A DNA stretch of 57,740 nucleotides from Candidatus Woesearchaeota archaeon (lineage in GTDB: Archaea > Nanobdellota > Nanobdellia > SCGC-AAA011-G17 > CAYHUM01): positions 1 to 57,740 of the forward strand of contig CAYHUM010000002.1 of assembly GCA_964359945.1 (NCBI GenBank), given 5' to 3'. Every line of letters starts with the position of its first letter. Positions within the stretch are counted from its first letter, which is position 1. Both the position numbers and the translations under genes were made by a program. The notes under the pieces were generated by a model, which saw only the letters and a program-made list of their open reading frames with translations, was not told where the DNA came from and made no database searches. Positions 9,484 through 18,481 of this stretch are shown piece after piece.

Positions 9484-11548
9484 TAGTTTTATTTTTACCC
9501 CAGCTTGCTTTTGTTACGCAATCACTTGTTAAACACATTTCAAATGGTCTTTTACCTTTTCTTACAACTTTAATTATAGGAACCCCACACTCTTTACACA
9601 ATTTATCTGTAGGAACTATTTTTGCTTGTTGTGGTAAAGAATAAGTGTTTTTACATTGAGGATAATTAGAACATGCAACAAATTTTTTCTGGGTTTTCTT
9701 ACTAAATAATATCCTTAAGTGACCTTTATTACATTTTTTACATGGACCAAGAATACTTTCTTCATTTCTACTTTCTGTATGTGCTTTTGCTAATTCTTTT
9801 CCAATTTGTAATTCATTTTTCTTAAAATTCGTTAAAATCTTTGTTAAAACTGTTCTTGCTTCTTTAATGACTTGCTCTTTTTTCTTTTTACTTTCTAAAA
9901 TTTCATCCATTTCTTTTTCGAAATGTCTAGTTAAATTTTCAGAAACTAATTCAGGAACATATTTCTTTAGAACTTCAACAAGATGTTTTCCTAATGTAGT
10001 TACTTCTATTGTTTTTCCTTTTATATAACCTCTATCATATAAAGTTTGTAAAATTATAGACCTTGTAGCTCTTGTACCTAAATTAATCTTTTCCATCTGA
10101 GCTATTATAGAACCTTGAGTGTATCTTTGAGGTGGTTTTGTTTGATCTTTTTTTATTTCTAATTTTTTTACTTTATAAATTTCATTTTCTTTTAATTCTG
10201 GCAAGGTAATTTCTTCTAATTTTACATAAGGCTCATAAAAAGAAATCCATCCTTCTGATATTGTTCTTGAACCTTTAATATAAAATATTTCTTTATCTAT
10301 CTCAAAATCTATTTCCATAGTTTCTCTTAAAGCAGGGTCTGCAAAAGTAGCTAGAAATCTTTTAACTACTAACAAATATAATTTCTTTTGTTTGTCATCT
10401 AACTTATTTATATCAGGAACCACGGAAGTTGGATAAATTGCTATATGAGCTATATCTTCTTTTTTTCCTTGTCTTGGATATAATTTTTCTTTCTTGAGTA
10501 AAATTTCAGTTTGTTTTTTTACCTCATTTAATTTTGAAAGTTTTTGGATTATATCTCTATAACCTATTCTTGGATCAAGTTTTTCAGAGCTTGTTCTTGG
10601 ATAACTTATATATGCATTTAAGTAAAGAGATTCTGCTATGTCTAGAGTTTGTTGTGGAGAAAATTTAAATAGTCTATAGGATTCAGTTTGTAATGATGTA
10701 ATATTAAATGGTAATGGTTGTAATGATTGGTATTGTCTTCTTGTTATTTTGACTATTCTTGCATCCTTATTTTTACATTTTTCATGTACTGATTTTGCTT
10801 CTTTTTCATCCCAAAATTTATCTTTTTTATGTATAGTTAGTAAATCTTCTTTAGCTGAAATTAATGCAAATATTTGCCAATAAGGAACTGGTTTAAAAAT
10901 TCCAATTTCTTTTTCTCTTTGTTCTAATAAAGCTAAAATTGGACTTTGAACACGTCCAGATGATAATATCTTAAAACCGCCTTTAGCTTCTTTTATAGCT
11001 AAAGTTAAAGCTCTTGAACTATTAATACCCCACATATGATCAAGATAATGTCTTGTTTCTCCTGCTTCAACTAAATTAAAATCAATATGGGGGGAAGCAT
11101 TATTGTAAGATTCAATAATTTCTTGTTTTGTTAAAGTAGAAAACTTCATTCTTCTTGCATTAGTATTATTACAAATAAATTTTAGAACATTAAAACCAAT
11201 TAGTTCTCCTTCTGTATCATAATCTGTGGCTATTGTAAATGAAGATGCTTTTTTAGTCAAATCTTTTAAAGTATCATAATATCTTTTTGTGAATGCTGCG
11301 CCCTTATTAACTAAATAACTAGGTTTCCATTCTATATCAAATATTGGATAAGTCCATTTTGATTTTTCTTTTTCAGCTAAAATAAATAAATGACCTACAG
11401 CAGATGCTAAAATAGTTTGTTTACCATTATGAGTTAATTCATAGTAAGGAACATTATGTACTTGTTTTTTTATTGGTTTATTATCTGCTAAAGATTCTGC
11501 TATTAAACGTGCAGCTTGAGATTTTTCACATATTATTAATTCATACAT
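9476..11548 (-). CDS. topA: DNA topoisomerase I (type IA) with C-terminal zinc ribbons
   Basis: Toprim region (ICEK...DYDTEGE), active-site ISYPRTSS, and C-terminal CxxC...CxxC zinc fingers. Confidence 0.93.
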   Translation of the reverse strand: MYELIICEKSQAARLIAESLADNKPIKKQVHNVPYYELTHNGKQTILASAVGHLFILAEKEKSKWTYPIFDIEWKPSYLVNKGAAFTKRYYDTLKDLTKKASSFTIATDYDTEGELIGFNVLKFICNNTNARRMKFSTLTKQEIIESYNNASPHIDFNLVEAGETRHYLDHMWGINSSRALTLAIKEAKGGFKILSSGRVQSPILALLEQREKEIGIFKPVPYWQIFALISAKEDLLTIHKKDKFWDEKEAKSVHEKCKNKDARIVKITRRQYQSLQPLPFNITSLQTESYRLFKFSPQQTLDIAESLYLNAYISYPRTSSEKLDPRIGYRDIIQKLSKLNEVKKQTEILLKKEKLYPRQGKKEDIAHIAIYPTSVVPDINKLDDKQKKLYLLVVKRFLATFADPALRETMEIDFEIDKEIFYIKGSRTISEGWISFYEPYVKLEEITLPELKENEIYKVKKLEIKKDQTKPPQRYTQGSIIAQMEKINLGTRATRSIILQTLYDRGYIKGKTIEVTTLGKHLVEVLKKYVPELVSENLTRHFEKEMDEILESKKKKEQVIKEARTVLTKILTNFKKNELQIGKELAKAHTESRNEESILGPCKKCNKGHLRILFSKKTQKKFVACSNYPQCKNTYSLPQQAKIVPTDKLCKECGVPIIKVVRKGKRPFEMCLTSDCVTKASWGKNKTTK

Positions 11549-11589
11549 TTTTCAGAATTTAAAATTGTAGCATTTATATAATTTCTTAT

Positions 11590-12192
11590 TCAAATTTCAA
11601 TGATCTTTCCTTTTCTTCCAACATTTATTACTTTAGTTTTACCAACTTTTTCTTCTATACCTTCTGCTTCATGAACATGACTACATAATAAAATATCTGG
11701 CTTTAAAGAGTCTATAGCTTTTTTTACTCCACTACTACCTGGAAAAATATTAGTAAACTTTTCCATTAAAGTTCCTTCAGGGTGAACATGAGTAACCATT
11801 ATTTTTTTCCTTGTATCTCTAATTTTTTCATGACCTTTTTTTAATAAATCATAAATTTCTTTTTCTTGTAATTGAAACATTCCTATATTTGCTGATCCAC
11901 AACCAAAGAAACCAACATCTTTAATTTTTAGTGAATAGCCGTGTAAATTTGTTACTCCATAAATTTCTGCTAAAAAATCTGCTGTTGCTATCGTTTCGTG
12001 ATTTCCTGGAATTAACAAAACTTTTTTATTATTCTTTATGAATGGGCTTATTATGCCTTTAGTTGGTTGATCAAAATATGTTAAATCCCCACATAAAATA
12101 ACTAAATCAACATTTTCTTTACTAGCTCTATCTGCTAATTTCTTTGCAAGATTAGCATCTCCATGAATATCACCGGCTGCAAGTATTTTCAT
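11590..12192 (-). CDS. metallophosphoesterase (MJ0936/YfcE-like)
   Basis: GDIHGD, CGDLT, GNHE, THVHP and CSHVHE calcineurin-like motifs. Confidence 0.8.
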   Translation of the reverse strand: MKILAAGDIHGDANLAKKLADRASKENVDLVILCGDLTYFDQPTKGIISPFIKNNKKVLLIPGNHETIATADFLAEIYGVTNLHGYSLKIKDVGFFGCGSANIGMFQLQEKEIYDLLKKGHEKIRDTRKKIMVTHVHPEGTLMEKFTNIFPGSSGVKKAIDSLKPDILLCSHVHEAEGIEEKVGKTKVINVGRKGKIIEI

Positions 12193-12258
12193 TTTACTTA
12201 GAATTATTGTTTTATTTATTAATGTGTATTGGCTTTATAAATCTTTCTATTTATACTA

Positions 12259-13155
12259 CTATTTGGTAACTATTTTTAAATGAGGGAACTTTTTTGCTAG
12301 ATTATTTAATTTATTTAAAACATTATTTGGATTGTAATTCTTAAATTCATTTATTAGATTTTTACTCTCTAAATCTTTTTCTGTTAATGGAATTGCAATA
12401 CCATCTATTGTTTTAGCATCTTTCATGTGTAAAGAAAAAGGAGCACGAGCTAATTTTCCTGATGGTGTTTGCGAAGGGTCAATATTAATTGTATTTGGTT
12501 TACGTTCATGCCCACCAATTACATTTATTTTTAGTTCTTCTTTAATTTTAGCAGCCCATTGTCCAGTAAATGTCAACAAAGGTTCATTTTTACTATATTG
12601 TATATATTTTTCATAAAAAGAATTTGGAACTTTTTTATTTAATAATAAATAAATATGAAATGACTTTCCTGTCCACATAGGGAATATTTTGTATTTTACT
12701 AAAGAATTAAATTCCTTATCTTCTTTTATTAATTTAATTAAACTTAAAGCAACTTTCTGTGCTTCTTTAGCTTTAATATTACTTTTGTCTATATCAAAGA
12801 AAATTCTATCTATAGGTTTACCAGGGTTTTCGTTGTTTGTAGCATAGAAAAAATCAGAGAATTTTCTAGGTAAAAAATATTGCCATATATTTGTTTGAAC
12901 TTTATTTAATTTAGGTTTAGCTTCTGCCAAAGATAATTTTCTAAATTCAAAAAAATCTTCAGTTAAATTTTTTACAAAATCTTTTATGTATAAAGGAGTT
13001 AATTGTGATCCTCTTTTTAGTAATTGTGGGCCATTTGGAATATAATTTTTAGCTGCAATTTCTTTTTTATCTAAAAATCTAACTAATTTCTCTCCTATTA
13101 TTTTGTAATAAGGTAAAACATCCAAGTAACCATATTTATGAAGTATATCTACCAT
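12259..13155 (-). CDS. archaeo-eukaryotic primase (AEP) superfamily protein, LigD polymerase-domain-like
   Basis: Motif I FFDIDKS, motif II TGKSFHIYLLL, motif III INIDPSQTPSGKLARAPFSLH. The N-terminal YYKIIGEKLVRFLDKKEI..NYIPNGPQLLKRG resembles the LigD-Pol N-terminus. Confidence 0.6.
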   Translation of the reverse strand: MVDILHKYGYLDVLPYYKIIGEKLVRFLDKKEIAAKNYIPNGPQLLKRGSQLTPLYIKDFVKNLTEDFFEFRKLSLAEAKPKLNKVQTNIWQYFLPRKFSDFFYATNNENPGKPIDRIFFDIDKSNIKAKEAQKVALSLIKLIKEDKEFNSLVKYKIFPMWTGKSFHIYLLLNKKVPNSFYEKYIQYSKNEPLLTFTGQWAAKIKEELKINVIGGHERKPNTINIDPSQTPSGKLARAPFSLHMKDAKTIDGIAIPLTEKDLESKNLINEFKNYNPNNVLNKLNNLAKKFPHLKIVTK

Positions 13156-13225
13156 AATCTTTAAAATTAAAACTTATTTAAAAATTTATGCAAAGTTTTA
13201 TATTCACTAAAATGTTATTATTCAT

Positions 13226-13375
13226 ATGCAAATTTTAAAGAAGTGTCAAATTTGTGGGCTAAGAGCAGCAAAGTATGGATGTAATCATTGTGGGAAAAAT
13301 GTTTGTGAAAATTGTTTTGATTTAGGTAATGGTATTTGTATAACCTGTAAGCAAGGTAAAAGAATAAGGGGATAG
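13226..13375 (+). CDS. small Cys-rich zinc-binding protein (49 aa, not in the ORF track)
   Basis: My own translation is MQILKKCQICGLRAAKYGCNHCGKNVCENCFDLGNGICITCKQGKRIRG, with four CxxC pairs. A TATA-like TTTTATATT lies about 25 nt upstream of the ATG. Confidence 0.4.
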   Translation: MQILKKCQICGLRAAKYGCNHCGKNVCENCFDLGNGICITCKQGKRIRG

Positions 13376-14653
13376 TTATTTTTTCATAGAAATTTCTTTA
13401 AATCCACAATAAGAATGTAAAACTTTAGGTATTTTTACTGAACCATCTTTTTCTTGGAAATTTTCAAGAATAGCAACCATCGCTCTTGAAGTTGCTACCA
13501 TTGTATTATTCAAGATATGTGGGAATTTTTTTTCATTGCTCTCATAATATTTTATATTTAATGCTCTTGCTTGATAATCAGTACAATTTCCTGCTGAAGT
13601 TACTTCTTGGTATTGTTTTTGTCTTGGCATCCATGTTTCTATATCATATTGTTTAGCAAATTTCATTCCAAGATCACCGGAACAAATTTCTACGACTCTA
13701 AATGGAATTTCTAATGATTTAAAAAATTCTTCCGTAATAGATTGCATTTCTTCAAGGGTTTTAAAAGAATCTTCTGGACTTGAAACTATAACTTGTTCTA
13801 CTTTATTAAATTGATGCATTCTGAATAATCCTTTTGTATCAACACCATGTGCTCCAATTTCTCTTCTAAAACATGGAGTAACTGAACAAACTTTTATTGG
13901 AAAATTTTCTTTTTTTAATATTTTGTTCATGAACATGGATACTAATGAATGTTCAGCAGTTCCTATCAAATATAAATTCTCATTTTCAATTTTATATACA
14001 ATATTCTCAAAATCATGCATAGCTATTGTTCCAGCAATAGACTCTTTTCTTAACATTATTGGTGGTACAACTAATTTAAATTTTCTTTTTAATAAAAATT
14101 CTACACCATATCTTTGTAATGCTAAATCAAGAACTGCTAGCCCTCCAAATAAATAATTAAATCCTTGTCCCGCAACTTCTCTTCCTTGATCAAAGTCAGC
14201 AATATTTAATTTTTCTGCTAGTTCTGCATGATTCAATAATTCAAAGTTAAATTCTTTTATTTTACCCCATTTTCTTATTTCAACATTATCTTTAGTATCT
14301 TTTCCATATGGAACTTTTTCATGTAAGATATTTGGTAAAGTTAAAATAACTTCATCTATTTTTTCTCTAATTTTATTTTGTTTTTCATCTAATTTTTTTA
14401 TTTCTTCTGGTATTTCCTTAGCTTCTTTAAGTAATTTAGAAATATTTTTTCCTTCTTTTTTTGCTTTATTTATCTCTTCAGATAATAAATTTCTTCTATG
14501 CTTTAATTCCTCTGATTTTTGTTTGATTTGTTTCCATTCTTTATCATATTTTAAGATTAAATCAACATTTTTTATCTTCTCAAGTTGATTCCTTTTCTCT
14601 AAATTCTTCTTTACTAAATCTGGGTTATTTCTGATTAAATTTATATCAAGCAT
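13376..14653 (-). CDS. serS: seryl-tRNA synthetase
   Basis: N-terminal coiled-coil arm and class II core motifs (GTAEHSL, CFRREIG, TSRAMVA). Confidence 0.95.
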   Translation of the reverse strand: MLDINLIRNNPDLVKKNLEKRNQLEKIKNVDLILKYDKEWKQIKQKSEELKHRRNLLSEEINKAKKEGKNISKLLKEAKEIPEEIKKLDEKQNKIREKIDEVILTLPNILHEKVPYGKDTKDNVEIRKWGKIKEFNFELLNHAELAEKLNIADFDQGREVAGQGFNYLFGGLAVLDLALQRYGVEFLLKRKFKLVVPPIMLRKESIAGTIAMHDFENIVYKIENENLYLIGTAEHSLVSMFMNKILKKENFPIKVCSVTPCFRREIGAHGVDTKGLFRMHQFNKVEQVIVSSPEDSFKTLEEMQSITEEFFKSLEIPFRVVEICSGDLGMKFAKQYDIETWMPRQKQYQEVTSAGNCTDYQARALNIKYYESNEKKFPHILNNTMVATSRAMVAILENFQEKDGSVKIPKVLHSYCGFKEISMKK

Positions 14654-14764
14654 AAAATTGTAATGAAATGTTTGTATTTAAAGTTTTTGAAAAAAAGTTA
14701 AATGAAAAGGTTTATAAATAAGTAACATCTAATAGTGTTGAATATAATCACAAGGGGGAATTTA

Positions 14765-15040
14765 ATGGTGAAAAAGAAAGATATTTTTGAGGTTTTCTTT
14801 AGAAAAAAACCGGCAATGATTTTAGTTTCATTAAGAAACAGCAATAAAAATCGTTATGGTTCTGTTTTAGCAAAAGAAGTTGATTGCACTTATTCTCATG
14901 CTGTTAAGATTTTACAAGAGATGGAGAAAGCAAAGTTAGTTAGTTTTGAAAAGCAAGGAAGAATCAAAACAATAAAGTTAACTGAAAAAGGATTAAAGAC
15001 TTCTGAGTTTATAGATAAACTTAAAGATTTGTTAATCTAA
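14765..15040 (+). CDS. winged-helix transcriptional regulator
   Basis: wHTH pattern (GSVLAKEVDCTYSHAVKILQEMEKAKLVSFEKQGRIK). The ATG at 14765 is preceded by a GGGGGA SD-like element and is preferred over the GTG at 14735. Confidence 0.6.
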   Translation: MVKKKDIFEVFFRKKPAMILVSLRNSNKNRYGSVLAKEVDCTYSHAVKILQEMEKAKLVSFEKQGRIKTIKLTEKGLKTSEFIDKLKDLLI

Positions 15041-15384
15041 GAATTATTTTTTAGATAATGAGTAATACCTTCTATTTGTGTTAATCTTGTTCTTGAAAAT
15101 AAAAATTCTCTAAATACTCTATCTATTTTAATTCCATTTCTTTGTAATTGTTTTTTATATACACTATAAATTTTTCTTCCTTCTTTATCTAGGTCAAATA
15201 ATAAAATACATTCTTTTTCTCCTTTATTTGTTATTTCTTCTATTATTGAATAAATTGGTTTAGAATTTATGATGATTTTTCCCACACCTAATTTTTCAAG
15301 CGCAATTTTATCTTTTTTACCTTCAACAAGAATTAATTTTTTACTTTTTTTTAAATTTGAAATCCAATCTCGTAGTGTTTCCAA
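15037..15384 (-). CDS. small Toprim-domain protein
   Basis: LILVEGKKDKIALEKLG supplies the conserved Glu and LLFDLDKEGRKI the DxD, as in COG1658-type small primase-like proteins. TTG start. Confidence 0.65.
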   Translation of the reverse strand: METLRDWISNLKKSKKLILVEGKKDKIALEKLGVGKIIINSKPIYSIIEEITNKGEKECILLFDLDKEGRKIYSVYKKQLQRNGIKIDRVFREFLFSRTRLTQIEGITHYLKNNS

Positions 15385-15440
15385 ATTACATCTACTTTAT
15401 TAAATATAACTAAGTATAAATAAGTTTCTAATATAAATAG

Positions 15441-15527
15441 CGGGCTCGACGGGATTTGAACCCGCGACCCTCTGATTTCTATATTCTTTAAGAGTCAGAT
15501 GCTCTAACCAAGCTGAGCTACGAGCCC
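15441..15527 (-). tRNA. tRNA-Lys (anticodon CUU) with a 12-nt intron at the canonical 37/38 position
   Basis: I folded the reverse complement by hand. Acceptor stem is GGGCTCG/CGAGCCC and the D arm is GCTC-AGCTTGGTTA-GAGC. The anticodon stem is TCTGA/TCAGA with loop CTCTTA[AAGAATATAGAA]A. The T arm is GCGGG-TTCAAAT-CCCGT. Discriminator is G and CCA is not encoded. The intron is at about 15477-15488. Confidence 0.85.
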
Positions 15528-15560
15528 TTAAATTTTTCTAGAATTATATGATTTAAAAAT

Positions 15561-16205
15561 TTATGGTAAACTAGAAGTTCTAGCAAATCTGAGCCATATT
15601 ACATAAATTATAATTATTGTAATTAGATATAATATATTTATACTCCAAACAAATGCTTTCTTAAATGGAATAAAAATATAAACAATAATTACTACGAGAC
15701 TTGCTATTACTGCTATTAAAGCATTAGTTAAAACAGATTTTTTTACTTCATCTATTGCAAAAGCCTTCATTAATTTACATTCAGGATCACTTTGTAAACA
15801 ATGACCAGTAACTGGATTTCCCGTTTGAGGATCAGTAACAGTGTACCTTTTAATTCCATCAATATATGAATAAACTGATAAAGTTAAGAAAATAATCAAA
15901 ACTACCCCTATAAATGAAATAGAGTAAACAAAAATATTTTTAGATGAAACTCCATGTTCCTTTTTCGGTTTTTCTTGTATTATAACTGGTTGTGGTCTCT
16001 CTGAAGGTTTTTCTTCTGGTTTTTTTTGTTCTGTAATTATTGGTTGAGATAATTCTTTTTTAACTTGATTTATTGTTTCTGTAACTTCTTGTTCTGGCCA
16101 TCCTTGAGCAAGTAAACCTTGTTTTAGATAATCTTCAGAATAACCTTTTTTAATTGCATCTTTTAAAAATGTTAATATCTTTTCATCCATCATGAGAAAA
16201 CTCAA
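15561..16205 (-). CDS. hypothetical membrane protein
   Basis: Soluble N-terminal domain, a P/E/K-rich linker and three predicted TM helices. TTG start. Confidence 0.5.
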   Translation of the reverse strand: MSFLMMDEKILTFLKDAIKKGYSEDYLKQGLLAQGWPEQEVTETINQVKKELSQPIITEQKKPEEKPSERPQPVIIQEKPKKEHGVSSKNIFVYSISFIGVVLIIFLTLSVYSYIDGIKRYTVTDPQTGNPVTGHCLQSDPECKLMKAFAIDEVKKSVLTNALIAVIASLVVIIVYIFIPFKKAFVWSINILYLITIIIIYVIWLRFARTSSLP

Positions 16206-16299
16206 AGGAGTTAGTTATATATAGTTTTTTTAACACTGGTGAATACTAAAAAAATAATAAAAAAGTATATAAACAAAGAATAATCATGTTTTTGAAGAA

Positions 16300-17007
16300 A
16301 TGAAAATAGAATTAACAAAAAAACCTAAGAACCCCATATTAATACAAGGTTTTCCAGGATTTGGTTTAATAGGAACAATTGTAACAGAATTTTTAATAGA
16401 ACATTTAGGAGCTAAATCTATTGGTAAAATTATAAGTGATGAAATGCCTCCTGTAATTGCTGTTCATGAAAATAAATTAATTGAACCATTAGAAGTTTAT
16501 TATGATGATAAAACAAATATTATAATTTTACATGCTTTAACTGGTGTTTCTGGCTTAGAATGGAAAATGGCAGAGGCTATTGGTAATTTATGTACTGAAT
16601 TGAATGTTAAAGAAATAATTTGTGTTGAAGGGGTAAATTCAGAGGATATGCAAGGAGAAACAAGAGCATTTTATTTATCTGATAACAAGAAAAAAATGGA
16701 AGATACTGGAATAGGTCCGTTAAAAGAAGGGATTATTATTGGGGTTACAGGAGCTTTGTTATTAAGAGTAAAAAATATTGACAAAAGTTGTATATTTGTA
16801 GAAACTCACTCTAGTTTACCTGATTCAAGAGGTGCAGCTAAGGTTATAGAAATTTTAGATAAATATTTAGGATTAAATGTTGATTATAATCCATTACTTA
16901 AGAAAGCAGAAATATTTGAAAGGAAAGTTAAACAAATTTTAGAAAAAGGTAAAGACGTACTTTCTAAAAGACAAGAAAGAGATGAAACTTTAAATTATCT
17001 AGGATAG
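16300..17007 (+). CDS. PAC2-family proteasome assembly chaperone-like protein
   Basis: N-terminal LIQGFPGFGLIGTIV signature and overall size match archaeal PAC2/PbaA-B-like proteins. Confidence 0.7.
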   Translation: MKIELTKKPKNPILIQGFPGFGLIGTIVTEFLIEHLGAKSIGKIISDEMPPVIAVHENKLIEPLEVYYDDKTNIIILHALTGVSGLEWKMAEAIGNLCTELNVKEIICVEGVNSEDMQGETRAFYLSDNKKKMEDTGIGPLKEGIIIGVTGALLLRVKNIDKSCIFVETHSSLPDSRGAAKVIEILDKYLGLNVDYNPLLKKAEIFERKVKQILEKGKDVLSKRQERDETLNYLG

Positions 17008-17122
17008 TTTTTTATTTCTAAATTATTATTTATATTGGATTAATAGAACTAAAACTTTTAAGCATTACTAAAATATTTTAGTTTTTTATTTGATAAAAAC
17101 TTTTAAGAATTTATTATAAGTT

Positions 17123-17584
17123 TTATTTCTTTGGTTTTTTCTGTATAGTTTCACGCCTAATCTTTAGTTTTCTTACAAATATCGGAGAAAATTCATTAAA
17201 ATCAGTATCATATTTATCAATTTGTCCGCATAATTGTAAAAATTCTTTTTCCATTTTTTGTAAATCATAATAATAATTCAAATAATTAGAACTAGTTTTC
17301 ATTCTTTTCTCGGTTTCTTCAATATTTCTCATTAATTTGTCTAATTTTTGTTGTAATTGCACAAAAGATAAAGGTGGTTCTTTGTTTACTTTAGGTTGTT
17401 GAGGTCCATAAGTTGGTTTATTAAGAACTGGCTGACCTGGTTGAATAGGTCTATTTATCTTAGGTTGTTCTGGTTGTAATGCTGATCTCTCAGAAACAAA
17501 AGGATTTGGCTTTTTTTCTTGTGCCTTCAACCCTTCTAATACCTCTCTTATTGATTTTCTACCGCGAACTTGCATTTTAATCAA
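17123..17584 (-). CDS. hypothetical P/Q-rich protein with C-terminal coiled coil
   Basis: ORF with a proline/glutamine-rich centre (PKINRPIQPGQPVLNKPTYGPQQPKVNKEPP). No known motif. Confidence 0.45.
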   Translation of the reverse strand: MIKMQVRGRKSIREVLEGLKAQEKKPNPFVSERSALQPEQPKINRPIQPGQPVLNKPTYGPQQPKVNKEPPLSFVQLQQKLDKLMRNIEETEKRMKTSSNYLNYYYDLQKMEKEFLQLCGQIDKYDTDFNEFSPIFVRKLKIRRETIQKKPKK

Positions 17585-17619
17585 TTTTTATAATCATATT
17601 AAACTTTATTAAGTTTTCG

Positions 17620-18246
17620 TTAGTAGAAATTTTTTATAACTTCATTGTATTTATCTTGTGTATCTTTAAAGCTAGGGATGCCATACATTTGTAATGTTGT
17701 CCTTATATCTGAATGGCCTGCTAATTGTTGTAAATAGTTTGGTGGAACCCCCAATCTAATTAAATTTCTTATAAAACTATGTCTAAAGATATGAGGATTT
17801 AAATGTTTTTTAGTTGGGTCTGGATGTTTTATTCCTGCTCTCTCAGCTGTTTTTCTTACAATCATATTAATTCTGCTTTCATCAATTCCATCTATTTTTT
17901 TATTATTACTTTGTATTAATTTTCCATGTTGTCTAGAACCCATATAAAATTTAATGTCTTGTAAGGTATCTTCATCTATAGGTACAGATCTTGGTACATT
18001 GCCTTTACCTTTAGCAATAAATATTTTCTTACCATCAAAATCAACATCTTGTATACGTAAACTACAAAGTTCAAAACGACGCATACCTGTTCTTGATAGT
18101 AGCTTTAATACAATACGATCACGTAAAGACTTAGCAGAAGCTATTATTTTTTTAATTTGGTCTAGGTCTAAATAGTAAATATTGTATTTTTTTCTGGTTT
18201 TTTTAAATTTAGTACTTTGAACCTCTTTTCCTTCCATTTTTATCAT
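17620..18246 (-). CDS. tyrosine recombinase/integrase, catalytic domain only
   Basis: RTGMRRFEL (Arg I), KGKGNVPRSVP (beta-hairpin Lys), HIFRHSF (HxxR), GHSDIRTTLQMYG (His and Tyr nucleophile). No N-terminal core-binding domain. The ATG at 18246 has a TTTAAATA box about 20 nt upstream, which suggests a leaderless transcript. Confidence 0.85.
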   Translation of the reverse strand: MIKMEGKEVQSTKFKKTRKKYNIYYLDLDQIKKIIASAKSLRDRIVLKLLSRTGMRRFELCSLRIQDVDFDGKKIFIAKGKGNVPRSVPIDEDTLQDIKFYMGSRQHGKLIQSNNKKIDGIDESRINMIVRKTAERAGIKHPDPTKKHLNPHIFRHSFIRNLIRLGVPPNYLQQLAGHSDIRTTLQMYGIPSFKDTQDKYNEVIKNFY

Positions 18247-18304
18247 AAAAAACACAATTCTTGTATTTAAAGATTGTGTTTTAGGGGTAAAAGTAGGGTA
18301 AATT

Positions 18305-18331
18305 CACAACAGAATTAATAGTTCTGTTGTG
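18305..18331. repeat. perfect 10-bp inverted repeat with 7-bp spacer (CACAACAGAA-TTAATAG-TTCTGTTGTG)
   Basis: Read directly from the sequence. It lies about 60 bp upstream of the recombinase start and is followed by TTTTT on the + strand. Confidence 0.6.
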
Positions 18332-18481
18332 TTTTTGAGAAAATATAGATTTTTATAGGTTTCTTCTACCAAGAGTTCCATTCATGGAAAGACATAGTAG
18401 CCTTATTGGAATAAGTATATAAATTTTACTGAGAAAAAGGTTTTAGGAAGATTTTTATATTCTTATCCTTTCAATCAAAAA

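Noticed and set aside
17620-18331. Interpreting the recombinase as chromosomal XerA and the 10-7-10 repeat as the dif site.
   Set aside because: The protein lacks the N-terminal core-binding domain of XerA. The locus is only about 17 kb from the predicted origin, whereas dif is expected near the terminus. This is kept only as one alternative in the finding.
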